From Fidelibacterota bacterium (GTDB lineage Bacteria > Fidelibacterota > Marinisomatia > Marinisomatales > TCS55): a DNA stretch of 42,399 nt. The stretch lies in contig JAPNQO010000041.1 in assembly GCA_027251445.1 (NCBI GenBank), positions 1 to 42,399 on the forward strand, written 5' to 3'. Made by a program: the position numbers and the translations under genes. Each line of letters begins with the position of its first letter. The stretch's first letter is position 1. The notes beneath the pieces were generated by a model. The model did no database searches. It worked only from the letters and a program-made list of their open reading frames with translations, and was not told where the DNA came from. This document shows, piece after piece, positions 20,382-29,688 of the stretch.

Positions 20382-22123
20382 ATAAAATCATTATTTTTGG
20401 AGCAATATCTACCTTATATGCTCAATTTTCTTTCTCAGGTAATACTGAGACAAGGCTAGCTGAAAGCTCATCAGGATATTACTATAATGAAACTTTAATA
20501 AATACCAATTTACAATATGGTGCCTTCACAAATTGGATTCAATTAGAATATAGCGACCCTCCAGAATTAGGTAGAAGTATAAATGGTGTAAGAAAAATGC
20601 GTCTTGAATATGATAATGGACCAGTTAAGTTAAAACTTGGAGATTTGTATGAGATTTGGGGTAGGGGGCTTGTTTTAAACTCTGTAGATGATCAATCTAT
20701 TGACAGAGATACTGGTATACGTGGTCTTACCCTTATGTATAATACCCAATCATTCTCCACCCAATTCATAGCCGGGAAAGCTGATATTAGTCAAAGCACA
20801 ATTAATGCCTTAGGCTTTAATAATCGTACACATAATTATCATGTATCTCATAATCTATATGGTTTAAATGTTAATAAACTTTTTGGCAATCATAATCTTG
20901 GCTTCTCTTTTCTTCAAGGATTAGAAAAACATCCAGTTAACACTTTTCCAACAGATACTTTAAATATAAAAAATCAATTGCATAGTGCGAGCTATAGTTA
21001 TATGAATTCTTCTTTCGACTTTTATACAGAATATATAATGAGTAGATCTTATGAATTTAATGAAGATAAATGGGGTTCACATGCTACTGGAAGGGGCTTA
21101 TATAGTAACTTAAACTTATACTTTAACTTATTTAGTTTAAATCTCGAATATATTAATTATAGATATGCAATGATAGATCCAATATCACGTTTTAATATTG
21201 TAGATTATTATGGATACAATCAGCCTTATCAGAATCCTCCAGTTGCAGTTCATATTCATGAAAATATTTTAATGAATCGTGTTTCTCATCAAACCGATTT
21301 CAATAATGAAGTTGGTTATAAAGCAGAATTAATTGGCTCATTTTCAGATAATATTGAATTTTTGTCTATTTTTTCTCAATCAAACAGAACTCATTCATGG
21401 GTAATGGATGAAAATTTTATGTGGAAAAAAGATAAAGAATTATCGTTTTTACCCAAATTTGATCCTGCGGCAATGCCGTTTAGGGATTTTTACACTGAAT
21501 TAACTTTTCGTACGATGCAAAATAATATGTTTCTAAAGATAGGTTATGCTGATATGGAAGATATTATTGATCTACTTCAAAATACAGTTACGGATAGCAG
21601 TCAATCTCTTACTTATAGTATAACTGATGCTCAAACTATTCCATTTAATTTTAGTTATTCTTTTAGCAATGGATGGAGCATAGAATCAAAAATAGAGTTA
21701 CAATGGTTAACTAAAGGGTATTGGTGGTATGAGGAAAAGAATAATGATGTTCTTGCTGATAGTTTGATGAGTATTTTTCTTGATGATGATGGTAAACGTA
21801 TAGATAAAGAAAAGAATTCATTTTTTAGTTTTACTGTTAGTAAATCACCAAAATGGTCCATTACGTTAACATCAGATAAAACTTCAGTTAAAGAGTCATT
21901 TTTAGAAAATAAATCCATAATAAACCCTTTAGAAAAATTTCTGGGTATTGATCAGGAAAGAAATTGGGTGAATGTTGAATTTGTTTATCATATTACATCA
22001 TCAATGCGATTTTCTCTATTATATGGATCTTTAAAAGGAGGATTATTATGTACAAATGGAGTATGTCGTATTATTGAACCATTTGATGATGGGTTTAAAA
22101 TTGGCCTTTCAACAGTATTTTAG
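20378..22123 (+). CDS. DUF6029-family outer-membrane beta-barrel-like protein
   Basis: LGDLYEIWGRGLVL and C-terminal GGLLCTNGVCR...GFKIGLSTVF with terminal Phe; TlpA/Omp28 neighbourhood as I recall for this family. Confidence 0.75.
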   Translation: MNKIIIFGAISTLYAQFSFSGNTETRLAESSSGYYYNETLINTNLQYGAFTNWIQLEYSDPPELGRSINGVRKMRLEYDNGPVKLKLGDLYEIWGRGLVLNSVDDQSIDRDTGIRGLTLMYNTQSFSTQFIAGKADISQSTINALGFNNRTHNYHVSHNLYGLNVNKLFGNHNLGFSFLQGLEKHPVNTFPTDTLNIKNQLHSASYSYMNSSFDFYTEYIMSRSYEFNEDKWGSHATGRGLYSNLNLYFNLFSLNLEYINYRYAMIDPISRFNIVDYYGYNQPYQNPPVAVHIHENILMNRVSHQTDFNNEVGYKAELIGSFSDNIEFLSIFSQSNRTHSWVMDENFMWKKDKELSFLPKFDPAAMPFRDFYTELTFRTMQNNMFLKIGYADMEDIIDLLQNTVTDSSQSLTYSITDAQTIPFNFSYSFSNGWSIESKIELQWLTKGYWWYEEKNNDVLADSLMSIFLDDDGKRIDKEKNSFFSFTVSKSPKWSITLTSDKTSVKESFLENKSIINPLEKFLGIDQERNWVNVEFVYHITSSMRFSLLYGSLKGGLLCTNGVCRIIEPFDDGFKIGLSTVF

Positions 22124-22173
22124 ATGGATTATTCGTAAATTTTCTATTGATAGATAAATATTTAATGAATTTT

Positions 22174-23934
22174 ATGAAAAAATATATCCTACTTGTCATG
22201 ATTATGTTCTCTGGATTGTATGCAGCTGAAAAGAAAGCTTTTACAGAGATCATGACGAATGAAACCTGACCAGGCTGTGGGCCGCAGGATGCGGCTTTCG
22301 ACGCGTATTTTGATCCGACCAACCCAAACTATGTTGGCGAAGATAATGCAATGAATTGGTCTAGAATTAAGTATGCAATGAGCTGGCCCTCAAGTACAGA
22401 TCCTTTTTATTTAGCAAATACTACTGATCAAACGGCAAGAAGAAGTTATTATGGTGTGAATAGTATTCCAGCTGGATTTGGAAATGGTGCTACGGTTGGT
22501 GGTTCTGCTAGTAGTTGGAGGAGTAGCGGCTTATCAAATATGGGCGCCTACACGCCTATAACGATTGAATTCAATGGTGGAATGGTTGATGAAGAACTGC
22601 AAATGTCTGTAACAGTATCTAGTGAGACAAATCAAACTAATACTGATTTACGTTTATTTGTTATGACATCTATTGATTCAGTGTATTATAATAGTCCTTC
22701 TGCCTATGATAATTTTCATAATGTCTTTATTGAATTCTTAACTAATTCAAGTGGCCAAAGTCTTAGCTTAGATGGGGTAACCAACTATACGCAAGAATTT
22801 AACTGGAGTATGCCTAGTCCTTGGCCTAATAATAACACTAGTATCTTGTGGGATATTTCTGATCTTAATGTAGTTGCTTTTGTACAAAATTATTCAACAA
22901 AAGAAGTATTACAAGCAGAATGGGCGCGTACAAATGATATGAATGTTGATATGGATGATGATGGTGTAATCAATGATGAAGATAATTGCATGGAAGATTA
23001 TAACCCTGAACAGATAGATGTCGATGCCGATGGAATGGGAGATGCCTGTGATCTATGTGATAATGCTAATGTATATGTAAAAGGTAATTTAAATGGTGAT
23101 GTAGCTAATAATGAACCTGTAATTAATCTATATGATGTATTCTTTCTTGTCGATCGAGTTTTAGATGATGATTATAGTAATGAGGATTATATTGGCTGTA
23201 GTATTGAGGCGGCAGATTTCAATGGAGACTCTTTATATAATACCTTAGATATTTTATTAATGATTTTTGATATTCTAGGTCAAAATGATGATGGAAGAAC
23301 TACAAATACTAGTACTGCAAATCTATTAATAAATGATTTACCAGGGTCCTCATCAATTAATTTTGTTAGCGATGATTATATAAGTGGATTTCAATTTGAT
23401 TTACCAATAGAAAATGAATATTATGAGCTAAAGGAAGAACAAAAATTACCTAACGGGTGGTTATTTCAGACAAAAAAATTGAGTGATAAGATTAGAGTAA
23501 TAGCTATAGATCTTACTGGTGAAAGTCCAATAAAAAAAGCTTCATTACTTCTAAATGGAAATTTATTAAGTGATCCTGAAAATATTATTATATCAAATAA
23601 TGTTGGTCAATCTATGGATGCAATAGTTAAGTATAGTGATCCATCATTAGAAAAATTGGAATTATCTAATGAAGTAAATTTTAGCAGTATTTACCCAAAC
23701 CCATTTAACCCTGTAGTTACCATACCATTTTCAATACCTTATGAAATGTATACTAGGGTATTAGTTTATAATATTACAGGAAAATTAGTGGATGTATTAT
23801 TGGAAGATCATGCTTTACGTCCTGGTCATCATTCCATTGCATGGGATGGTTCAAGATTCTCCTCTGGAGTGTATATTATACAAATTGAAACTCCATTGCG
23901 AAGATATTCTCAAAAAGCATTCTTATTAAAATAA
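22174..23934 (+). CDS. Predicted selenoprotein (UxxC, U32): Omp28-related thioredoxin-fold domain + TSP3 repeats + dockerin-like + T9SS-type C-terminal domain, 586 aa
   Basis: ATG 22174 (or 22165) gives MKKYILLVMIMFSGLYAAEKKAFTEIMTNET-TGA-PGCGPQ..., in frame with the 22351 ORF. Later motifs: YYGVNSIP, VVAFVQNYSTKEVLQA, DDDGVINDEDNC...DADGMGDACD, GNLNGD/ADFNGD, YPNPFNP...SGVY. Confidence 0.8.
22279..22297 (+). promoter_or_regulatory. Candidate bacterial SECIS hairpin
   Basis: GCCGCA(22281-86)-GGA-TGCGGC(22290-95) perfect stem, extendable by two G-U pairs; starts 11 nt after the TGA, with a G-led apical loop. Confidence 0.65.
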
Positions 23935-23956
23935 AATCTCATTTAAAAAAGGAATA

Positions 23957-23985
23957 TTGTAGAGCCAGTATCATTGCTGTAAATT
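23957..23985 (+). promoter_or_regulatory. Putative promoter of tRNA cluster
   Basis: TTGTAG-17 nt-TAAATT followed by TGCGACC, about 30 nt upstream of tRNA-Gln. Confidence 0.5.
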
Positions 23986-24015
23986 TGCGACCTGTTGGAT
24001 AAGAGTTCAGGACAT

Positions 24016-24086
24016 TGGGGCGTCGTCTAATGGTAGGACACCAGGTTCTGGTTCTGGCAGTCGGGGTTCGACTCCCTGCGCCCCAG
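24016..24086 (+). tRNA. tRNA-Gln(CTG)
   Basis: TGGGGCG/CGCCCCA-G acceptor, CCAGG-TTCTGGT-TCTGG anticodon arm, GTTCGACTC. Confidence 0.95.
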
Positions 24087-24095
24087 CAAAGATAT

Positions 24096-24169
24096 GCACC
24101 CGTAGCTCAATTGGATAGAGCGTCTGGCTACGGACCAGAAGGTTGAGGGTTCGAGTCCTTCCGGGTGTA
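24096..24169 (+). tRNA. tRNA-Arg(ACG)
   Basis: GCACCCG/CGGGTGT-A acceptor, TCTGG-CTACGGA-CCAGA anticodon arm, GTTCGAGTC. Confidence 0.96.
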
Positions 24170-24174
24170 CAAAC

Positions 24175-24246
24175 GGCCCGTTCGTCTAGGGGTTAGGACG
24201 CCGCCCTCTCAAGGCGGTAACACGAGTTCGAATCTCGTACGGGCTA
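24175..24246 (+). tRNA. tRNA-Glu(CTC)
   Basis: GGCCCGT/ACGGGCT-A acceptor, CCGCC-CTCTCAA-GGCGG anticodon arm, GTTCGAATC. Confidence 0.96.
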
Positions 24247-24308
24247 CATACCCTAGATGAAAGTTTGTATAGATTTTTACAGATTTGTTTTAATTAAAAG
24301 GAGTTATT

Positions 24309-24692
24309 ATGAGAAAATATTTGCCAACAACAAGTGAATTAATTGATAGGTTATCTATTGTTCAGTTAAAGGAAGTTTTTATACCAGAGCATAAAGAAGA
24401 ATACGGAAAAGAAATTAAAGATATAGTCCATGATTTAGAAGAAACAGGATTAGATGGAGAAATGATTAGAGCAATTGTCGTTTTGGCGCAAATGAACTTA
24501 CATATTTGGCATAATGAAACGAAATACAGAGCAGGTGAAGGTGATGGAAATCTAGGTTTAACACACGGCTTAAATGGAATAAGAAATACTGCTAAAAATA
24601 AAATCCAAGATGCATTAGAAGACGGGGGAAGAAAAGATTACAAAATCGATTGTATTGCAGCAGAGTTTAAAGACTGGGAAGTAAGTTGGTAG
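24309..24692 (+). CDS. Hypothetical helical protein, DUF6165/DUF4254-like
   Basis: Strong AAGGAG RBS; SELIDRLSIVQLK and N..IW..E...R resemble these families by eye. Confidence 0.55.
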   Translation: MRKYLPTTSELIDRLSIVQLKEVFIPEHKEEYGKEIKDIVHDLEETGLDGEMIRAIVVLAQMNLHIWHNETKYRAGEGDGNLGLTHGLNGIRNTAKNKIQDALEDGGRKDYKIDCIAAEFKDWEVSW

Positions 24693-24833
24693 ATAAAAAC
24701 AGAGACAATATTTAGTTTATTATTTTTCTTCCATATTAAATATTCCCACTGATCTTAATTTAGAATATAAGTTGCAGGAATAAACTTGTTAGACCTGATA
24801 TAAAACTCGTATCTTGATAATTAGAAAATCACT

Positions 24834-25289
24834 ATGGAACGGATACTTGTTGCCAAAAATAAAAAAGCATTTTATAACTATCATATTATAGATCGCTATG
24901 AAGCAGGATTAGTTTTATCTGGAAGTGAAGTGAAAAGTATGCGTGAAGGAAAAATGAATTTAGGTGAAGCATATATTTTAGTCCGAGGTAGCGAAGTAGT
25001 ATTAATAGGGTCTCATATCAGTTCTTATTCTAACACAGGATATAAAGGTCATGACCCCCGTTCAGATCGAAAATTATTACTTAATAAGAAGGAAATATTA
25101 AAATTAAAGCAAAGTACTTCTCAAAAGGGGTTGACGGCTGTTCCTTTAGAGGCTTACTTCAATAAAAAAGGTTGGGCAAAACTTCTTATTGGTACAGCGA
25201 AAGGTAAACGACAACACGATAAAAAAGAAGCTATCAAAGAAAGAGATATACGTCGTGAAACAGATCGAGAAGTCGCAAGAAATAAATGA
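24834..25289 (+). CDS. smpB: SsrA-binding protein
   Basis: NKKAFYNY, EAGLVLSGSEVKS, RKLLL and AKGKRQHDKK motifs. Confidence 0.97.
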   Translation: MERILVAKNKKAFYNYHIIDRYEAGLVLSGSEVKSMREGKMNLGEAYILVRGSEVVLIGSHISSYSNTGYKGHDPRSDRKLLLNKKEILKLKQSTSQKGLTAVPLEAYFNKKGWAKLLIGTAKGKRQHDKKEAIKERDIRRETDREVARNK

Positions 25290-26491
25290 CTTTTATTAAT
25301 ACTGATAAACAGATTGATATGATTCAACAAGGTGTTGAAGAAATAATACCTATTGATGAACTCAAACATAAACTTGATAGAGGTCAAAAAAGTAATAAGC
25401 CTTTAACTGTGAAATTAGGTTGTGATCCGAGTCGACCAGATTTACATATAGGACATGCTGTTGTATTAAGAAAATTACGTCAATTCCAAGATCTAGGGCA
25501 CAAAGCAGTACTTGTGATTGGAGATTTTACAGCAATGATTGGCGATCCTTCTGGTCGAAATAAAACTAGACCTCAGCTTACTCTGGAAGAAGCCAAAAGT
25601 AATGCAGAGTCATATATAGAGCAGGCAAAAATTATACTTGATATTAATTCATTAAAAATTTGTAATAATGCTCAATGGTTAAATACTATGAATTTTAGCG
25701 ATGTGGTAGGGTTAGCCAGTAAATATACTGTAGCTAGAATGATGGAAAGAGATGATTTTGAGAAAAGATATAAATCTGAGATCCCAATAACTATACATGA
25801 ATTTTTATATCCATTAGCGCAAGCTATGGATTCTGTACACCTAAAAGCAGACATTGAGATAGGTGGAACAGATCAAAAGTTTAATTTACTAGTTGGACGA
25901 GATATTCAACGTGAATTCGGACAAGATCCACAAATCATATTAACAGTTCCTTTAATGGAAGGAACTGATGGTGTTGAAAAAATGTCTAAATCTTATGATA
26001 ATCATATTGGATTAACTGATTCTTATGATGAAATGTATGGTAAAACATTATCTATACCGGATAATATGATCGAGAAGTATTTCTTACTTGGGGCTAATGC
26101 GGATGAGAAAAAAATGAAGGAAATAAAGAATAGTCTTAATGATGGGAAAACAAATCCTCGTGATATTAAAAGAGAGCTTGCTAGGAAAATTGTTGCAATA
26201 TATCACTCTGATGTGTTAGCTAAAAAAGCTGAAACAAATTTTGATAAAATTTTTATTGGCAAAGAGGTTCCTGATAATATACCTGAAGTAAAATTGGATA
26301 AAGATGAACTTTTAGTAGATATTATTGCATCAAACAAGCTTGTTTCAAGTAAGTCTGAAGCAAGACGTTTAATAGATCAAGGAGCAGTAAAAATCGATGA
26401 TGAAAAATGTTTAGATCGTGATCAAATAATTAACAAAGGTAAATCGATCATTATAAAAGTTGGTAAACGTCGTTTTTTAAAAATTTTGTAG
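25286..26491 (+). CDS. tyrS: Tyrosine--tRNA ligase
   Basis: G.DPS.PDLHIGH, GGTDQKFN, KMSKS and C-terminal S4 domain (VGKRRF). Confidence 0.97.
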   Translation: MTFINTDKQIDMIQQGVEEIIPIDELKHKLDRGQKSNKPLTVKLGCDPSRPDLHIGHAVVLRKLRQFQDLGHKAVLVIGDFTAMIGDPSGRNKTRPQLTLEEAKSNAESYIEQAKIILDINSLKICNNAQWLNTMNFSDVVGLASKYTVARMMERDDFEKRYKSEIPITIHEFLYPLAQAMDSVHLKADIEIGGTDQKFNLLVGRDIQREFGQDPQIILTVPLMEGTDGVEKMSKSYDNHIGLTDSYDEMYGKTLSIPDNMIEKYFLLGANADEKKMKEIKNSLNDGKTNPRDIKRELARKIVAIYHSDVLAKKAETNFDKIFIGKEVPDNIPEVKLDKDELLVDIIASNKLVSSKSEARRLIDQGAVKIDDEKCLDRDQIINKGKSIIIKVGKRRFLKIL

Positions 26492-26611
26492 ATAATTATT
26501 AATAATAATGAAAAAATACAATTTAGTGTTGATTCCTATTTCCAAGGATGTATAAACAAGTTAATTTGTTCCCCGTTTATTTATCACATTTAATTTATTT
26601 TAGGAGTAAAG

Positions 26612-26941
<330 letters not shown>

Positions 26942-26954
26942 TTAATAAAATATT

Positions 26955-27887
26955 ATGAACCGGAAAGTCATAATAATTGGTTCTGGTCCTGCTGGACTTA
27001 CTGCAGCAACTTATGCAGCTCGAGCAAATCTTGAACCTTTGGTATTTGAAGGCGTCCAACCGGGTGGTCAATTAACAATCACTACAGACGTTGAAAATTA
27101 TCCTGGGTTTCCTGATGGAATTATGGGACCAGATCTAATGGATAAATTTCGTGACCAGGCAAAGCGTTTTGGTGCCGAATGTTATTTCAAACACGTTACA
27201 AAAGTTGATTTAGAATCTAATCCATTTAAAGTGTGGGTTGCTGATGAAACTTTTACATCTGATTCGATAATTATTGCAACTGGTGCAACTGCCAAACTAT
27301 TAGGTTTAGAATCTGAGAAAAACTTAATGGGGCATGGTGTATCAGCTTGTGCTACATGTGATGGTTTCTTTTTTAAAGACAAAAAAGTCTTTGTAATAGG
27401 AGGTGGTGATTCTGCAATGGAAGAGGCAAGTTTTTTAACAAAATTTGCTTCTGAAGTACAGATTATTCATCGTCGAAATGAGCTAAGAGCATCAAAGATT
27501 ATGCAAGATCGTGTATTAAATAACCCTAAAATTCATATTCAATGGAATACAACACTTGAAGATATTAAAGGCAATGTAGATGATGGTGTAAGTGCAGTTA
27601 TTCTAAAGGATATTATTAGTGGTGATATACGTTCTGAAGAATGTGATGGAGTCTTTTTAGCTATAGGACATACACCAAACACAGAACTTTTTGATAATTT
27701 TCTTAATTTAGATGAAAAAAAATATATTTGTACAGATGATAATAGTACTAAAACTTCAGTTCCTGGAATTTTTGCTTGTGGAGATGTGCAAGATAGCATA
27801 TATCGGCAAGCAGTTACCGCAGCTGGCAGTGGATGTATGGCTGCTATTGATGCTGAAAGATATTTGGAATCAATAGAATCATCCTAA
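26955..27887 (+). CDS. trxB: Thioredoxin-disulfide reductase
   Basis: GSGPAG, VENYPGF, CATCDG, GGGDSA and QAVTAAGSG motifs. Confidence 0.97.
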   Translation: MNRKVIIIGSGPAGLTAATYAARANLEPLVFEGVQPGGQLTITTDVENYPGFPDGIMGPDLMDKFRDQAKRFGAECYFKHVTKVDLESNPFKVWVADETFTSDSIIIATGATAKLLGLESEKNLMGHGVSACATCDGFFFKDKKVFVIGGGDSAMEEASFLTKFASEVQIIHRRNELRASKIMQDRVLNNPKIHIQWNTTLEDIKGNVDDGVSAVILKDIISGDIRSEECDGVFLAIGHTPNTELFDNFLNLDEKKYICTDDNSTKTSVPGIFACGDVQDSIYRQAVTAAGSGCMAAIDAERYLESIESS

Positions 27888-27940
27888 TATGTTTATTTAC
27901 TTTCCTGTTCATAGCTTAAAAAAATATAAGGATATGAACA

Positions 27941-28639
27941 ATGAACAAAAAATCTACACTTATATATGAGCTAAAAAAGCTTAAAAAAGTGTATAATAAT
28001 AATCCAGTACTTAGTATTGGAAGATTACAGATACACCGTGGTACTATATATGGAATTTTAGGACCTATTGGATCAGGTAAAACAACTTTGTTAAATATTT
28101 TATCTGGTAACGATACGCAATCTGAGGGTGCTTTAGAATATGATCGCGCTGAATTTCAGCGTTCTTGGTTAGGTAAAACAAAAGTTCCAGATGAAATATA
28201 TTTTGCCGGGGGTCATAATTACAATAAATCTCAAATAGTTAAAACATATATAGATTTTTGTTTTCCCAATAAATCTAATAGAATATTTAAACAATATTTT
28301 AATGGTTCGGTAAGTAAAAGAATTTTACCTTTAAAAATTCAAAATCTATCTCCTGGGCAGAAAGCCTGGCTGGATACTGTTTTTGCTTTAGAAAGTGATC
28401 CAAGAGTATTAATTCAAGATGATTTTGCTTCGTTATTTGACTCTGAGATGCAATCCATAGCTCGAAAAGGGTTGAGGAAAATGAATAAAAACTTAGGAAC
28501 AACGATTATTTTATCATCAATTAATAATAATGTGTTAAGAAATTTTTGTTCTGTAATAATTCATTTGGAAAATGGTCACATTGTAAAGGTGCGTTCAGGA
28601 ACAAAAAGAAAACAAAATAATAAAAAATATAATAAATAG
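27941..28639 (+). CDS. Degenerate ABC-type ATP-binding protein
   Basis: Walker A GPIGSGKT, signature-like LSPGQ, Walker B VLIQDD. Confidence 0.75.
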   Translation: MNKKSTLIYELKKLKKVYNNNPVLSIGRLQIHRGTIYGILGPIGSGKTTLLNILSGNDTQSEGALEYDRAEFQRSWLGKTKVPDEIYFAGGHNYNKSQIVKTYIDFCFPNKSNRIFKQYFNGSVSKRILPLKIQNLSPGQKAWLDTVFALESDPRVLIQDDFASLFDSEMQSIARKGLRKMNKNLGTTIILSSINNNVLRNFCSVIIHLENGHIVKVRSGTKRKQNNKKYNK

Positions 28640-28701
28640 AATATTTTGTTCTTATATGTTTTAATTATTTAGTTTTATATTTTTGATTATTAGTTATAAA
28701 A

Positions 28702-29679
28702 ATGGATAAAAATAGATTTGATCAAATAAGTAGTTCATTCTCTCAGCAATCAATTTTGGTTATTGGAGATGTTATGCTTGATAAGTTTATGTGGGGTAAT
28801 GCAAGTCGCATATCACCAGAAGCACCTGTGCCCATTATATCTGTAAATAAAATCTCACATTCACCTGGAGGTGCAGCAAATGTTGCTCTTAATCTATCTA
28901 AGTTAAGTGCCAATGTTCAAATTCTAGGAATAGTTGGTGACGATAATGAAGGCGCCATATTGGATGATACACTCTTAAAAAATGGTGTTAAAACACAATT
29001 TATTACAGACGCAAAAATATCTACTACTACTAAAACTCGAATTATAGCACATGGCCAGCAAGTTGTAAGAACAGATTATGAGGACATAAGAGATGTAAAT
29101 TCAGATCAAATAAAAATTATAAAAGATATTTTAGATAAAATTATCTCTGAAATTGATGCTATTATAATTCAGGATTATAATAAAGGGTTATTAGTGAAAG
29201 ATTCAATTAAAACTATTCTTGATATTAGCTCTGAAAAAAATATTCCCGTATATGTTGATCCAAAGAAAGACAATTTTTTTGCATACAATAAAATAAGGTT
29301 ATTTAAACCAAATCTATTTGAATTTGAATCTGCAATTAATTTTAAAGAACAAGATAAAAGTTTTGAAGACTTAGGAAAAGATCTGAGAAAAAAAATTAAT
29401 GCAGAAATATTAATGGTTACAAGAAGTGAGGAAGGCGTAACGCTTTTTACAGATAAAAATGTGCAAACAATTAGTACTAAAGCAAGAAAAGTTCATGACG
29501 TTTCTGGGGCAGGGGATACAGCTATAAGTGCATTTGTTCTAGCAGATTTATGCGGAGCAAATATCGAAGAATCTGCTATGATCTCAAATTATGCTGCTGG
29601 AAGAGTATGTGAAGAAGTAGGAGTGGTTCCAATATCATTAGAAATGATAAAAGATATTGTTGATCACTATAGCAATTAG
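28702..29679 (+). CDS. rfaE1: D-glycero-beta-D-manno-heptose-7-phosphate kinase (stand-alone RfaE domain I, PfkB family)
   Basis: IGDVMLD, RISPEAPVP, GGAANVA, TKTRI and DVSGAGDT motifs. Confidence 0.9.
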   Translation: MDKNRFDQISSSFSQQSILVIGDVMLDKFMWGNASRISPEAPVPIISVNKISHSPGGAANVALNLSKLSANVQILGIVGDDNEGAILDDTLLKNGVKTQFITDAKISTTTKTRIIAHGQQVVRTDYEDIRDVNSDQIKIIKDILDKIISEIDAIIIQDYNKGLLVKDSIKTILDISSEKNIPVYVDPKKDNFFAYNKIRLFKPNLFEFESAINFKEQDKSFEDLGKDLRKKINAEILMVTRSEEGVTLFTDKNVQTISTKARKVHDVSGAGDTAISAFVLADLCGANIEESAMISNYAAGRVCEEVGVVPISLEMIKDIVDHYSN

Positions 29680-29688
29680 TCTAGTTAA

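Noticed and set aside
22095..22322. 75-aa minus-strand ORF
   Set aside because: Antisense shadow of the read-through N-terminus of the selenoprotein candidate.
22351..23934. 527-aa ORF as the complete gene
   Set aside because: It lacks the signal peptide and redox motif, both of which lie in frame upstream across the TGA.
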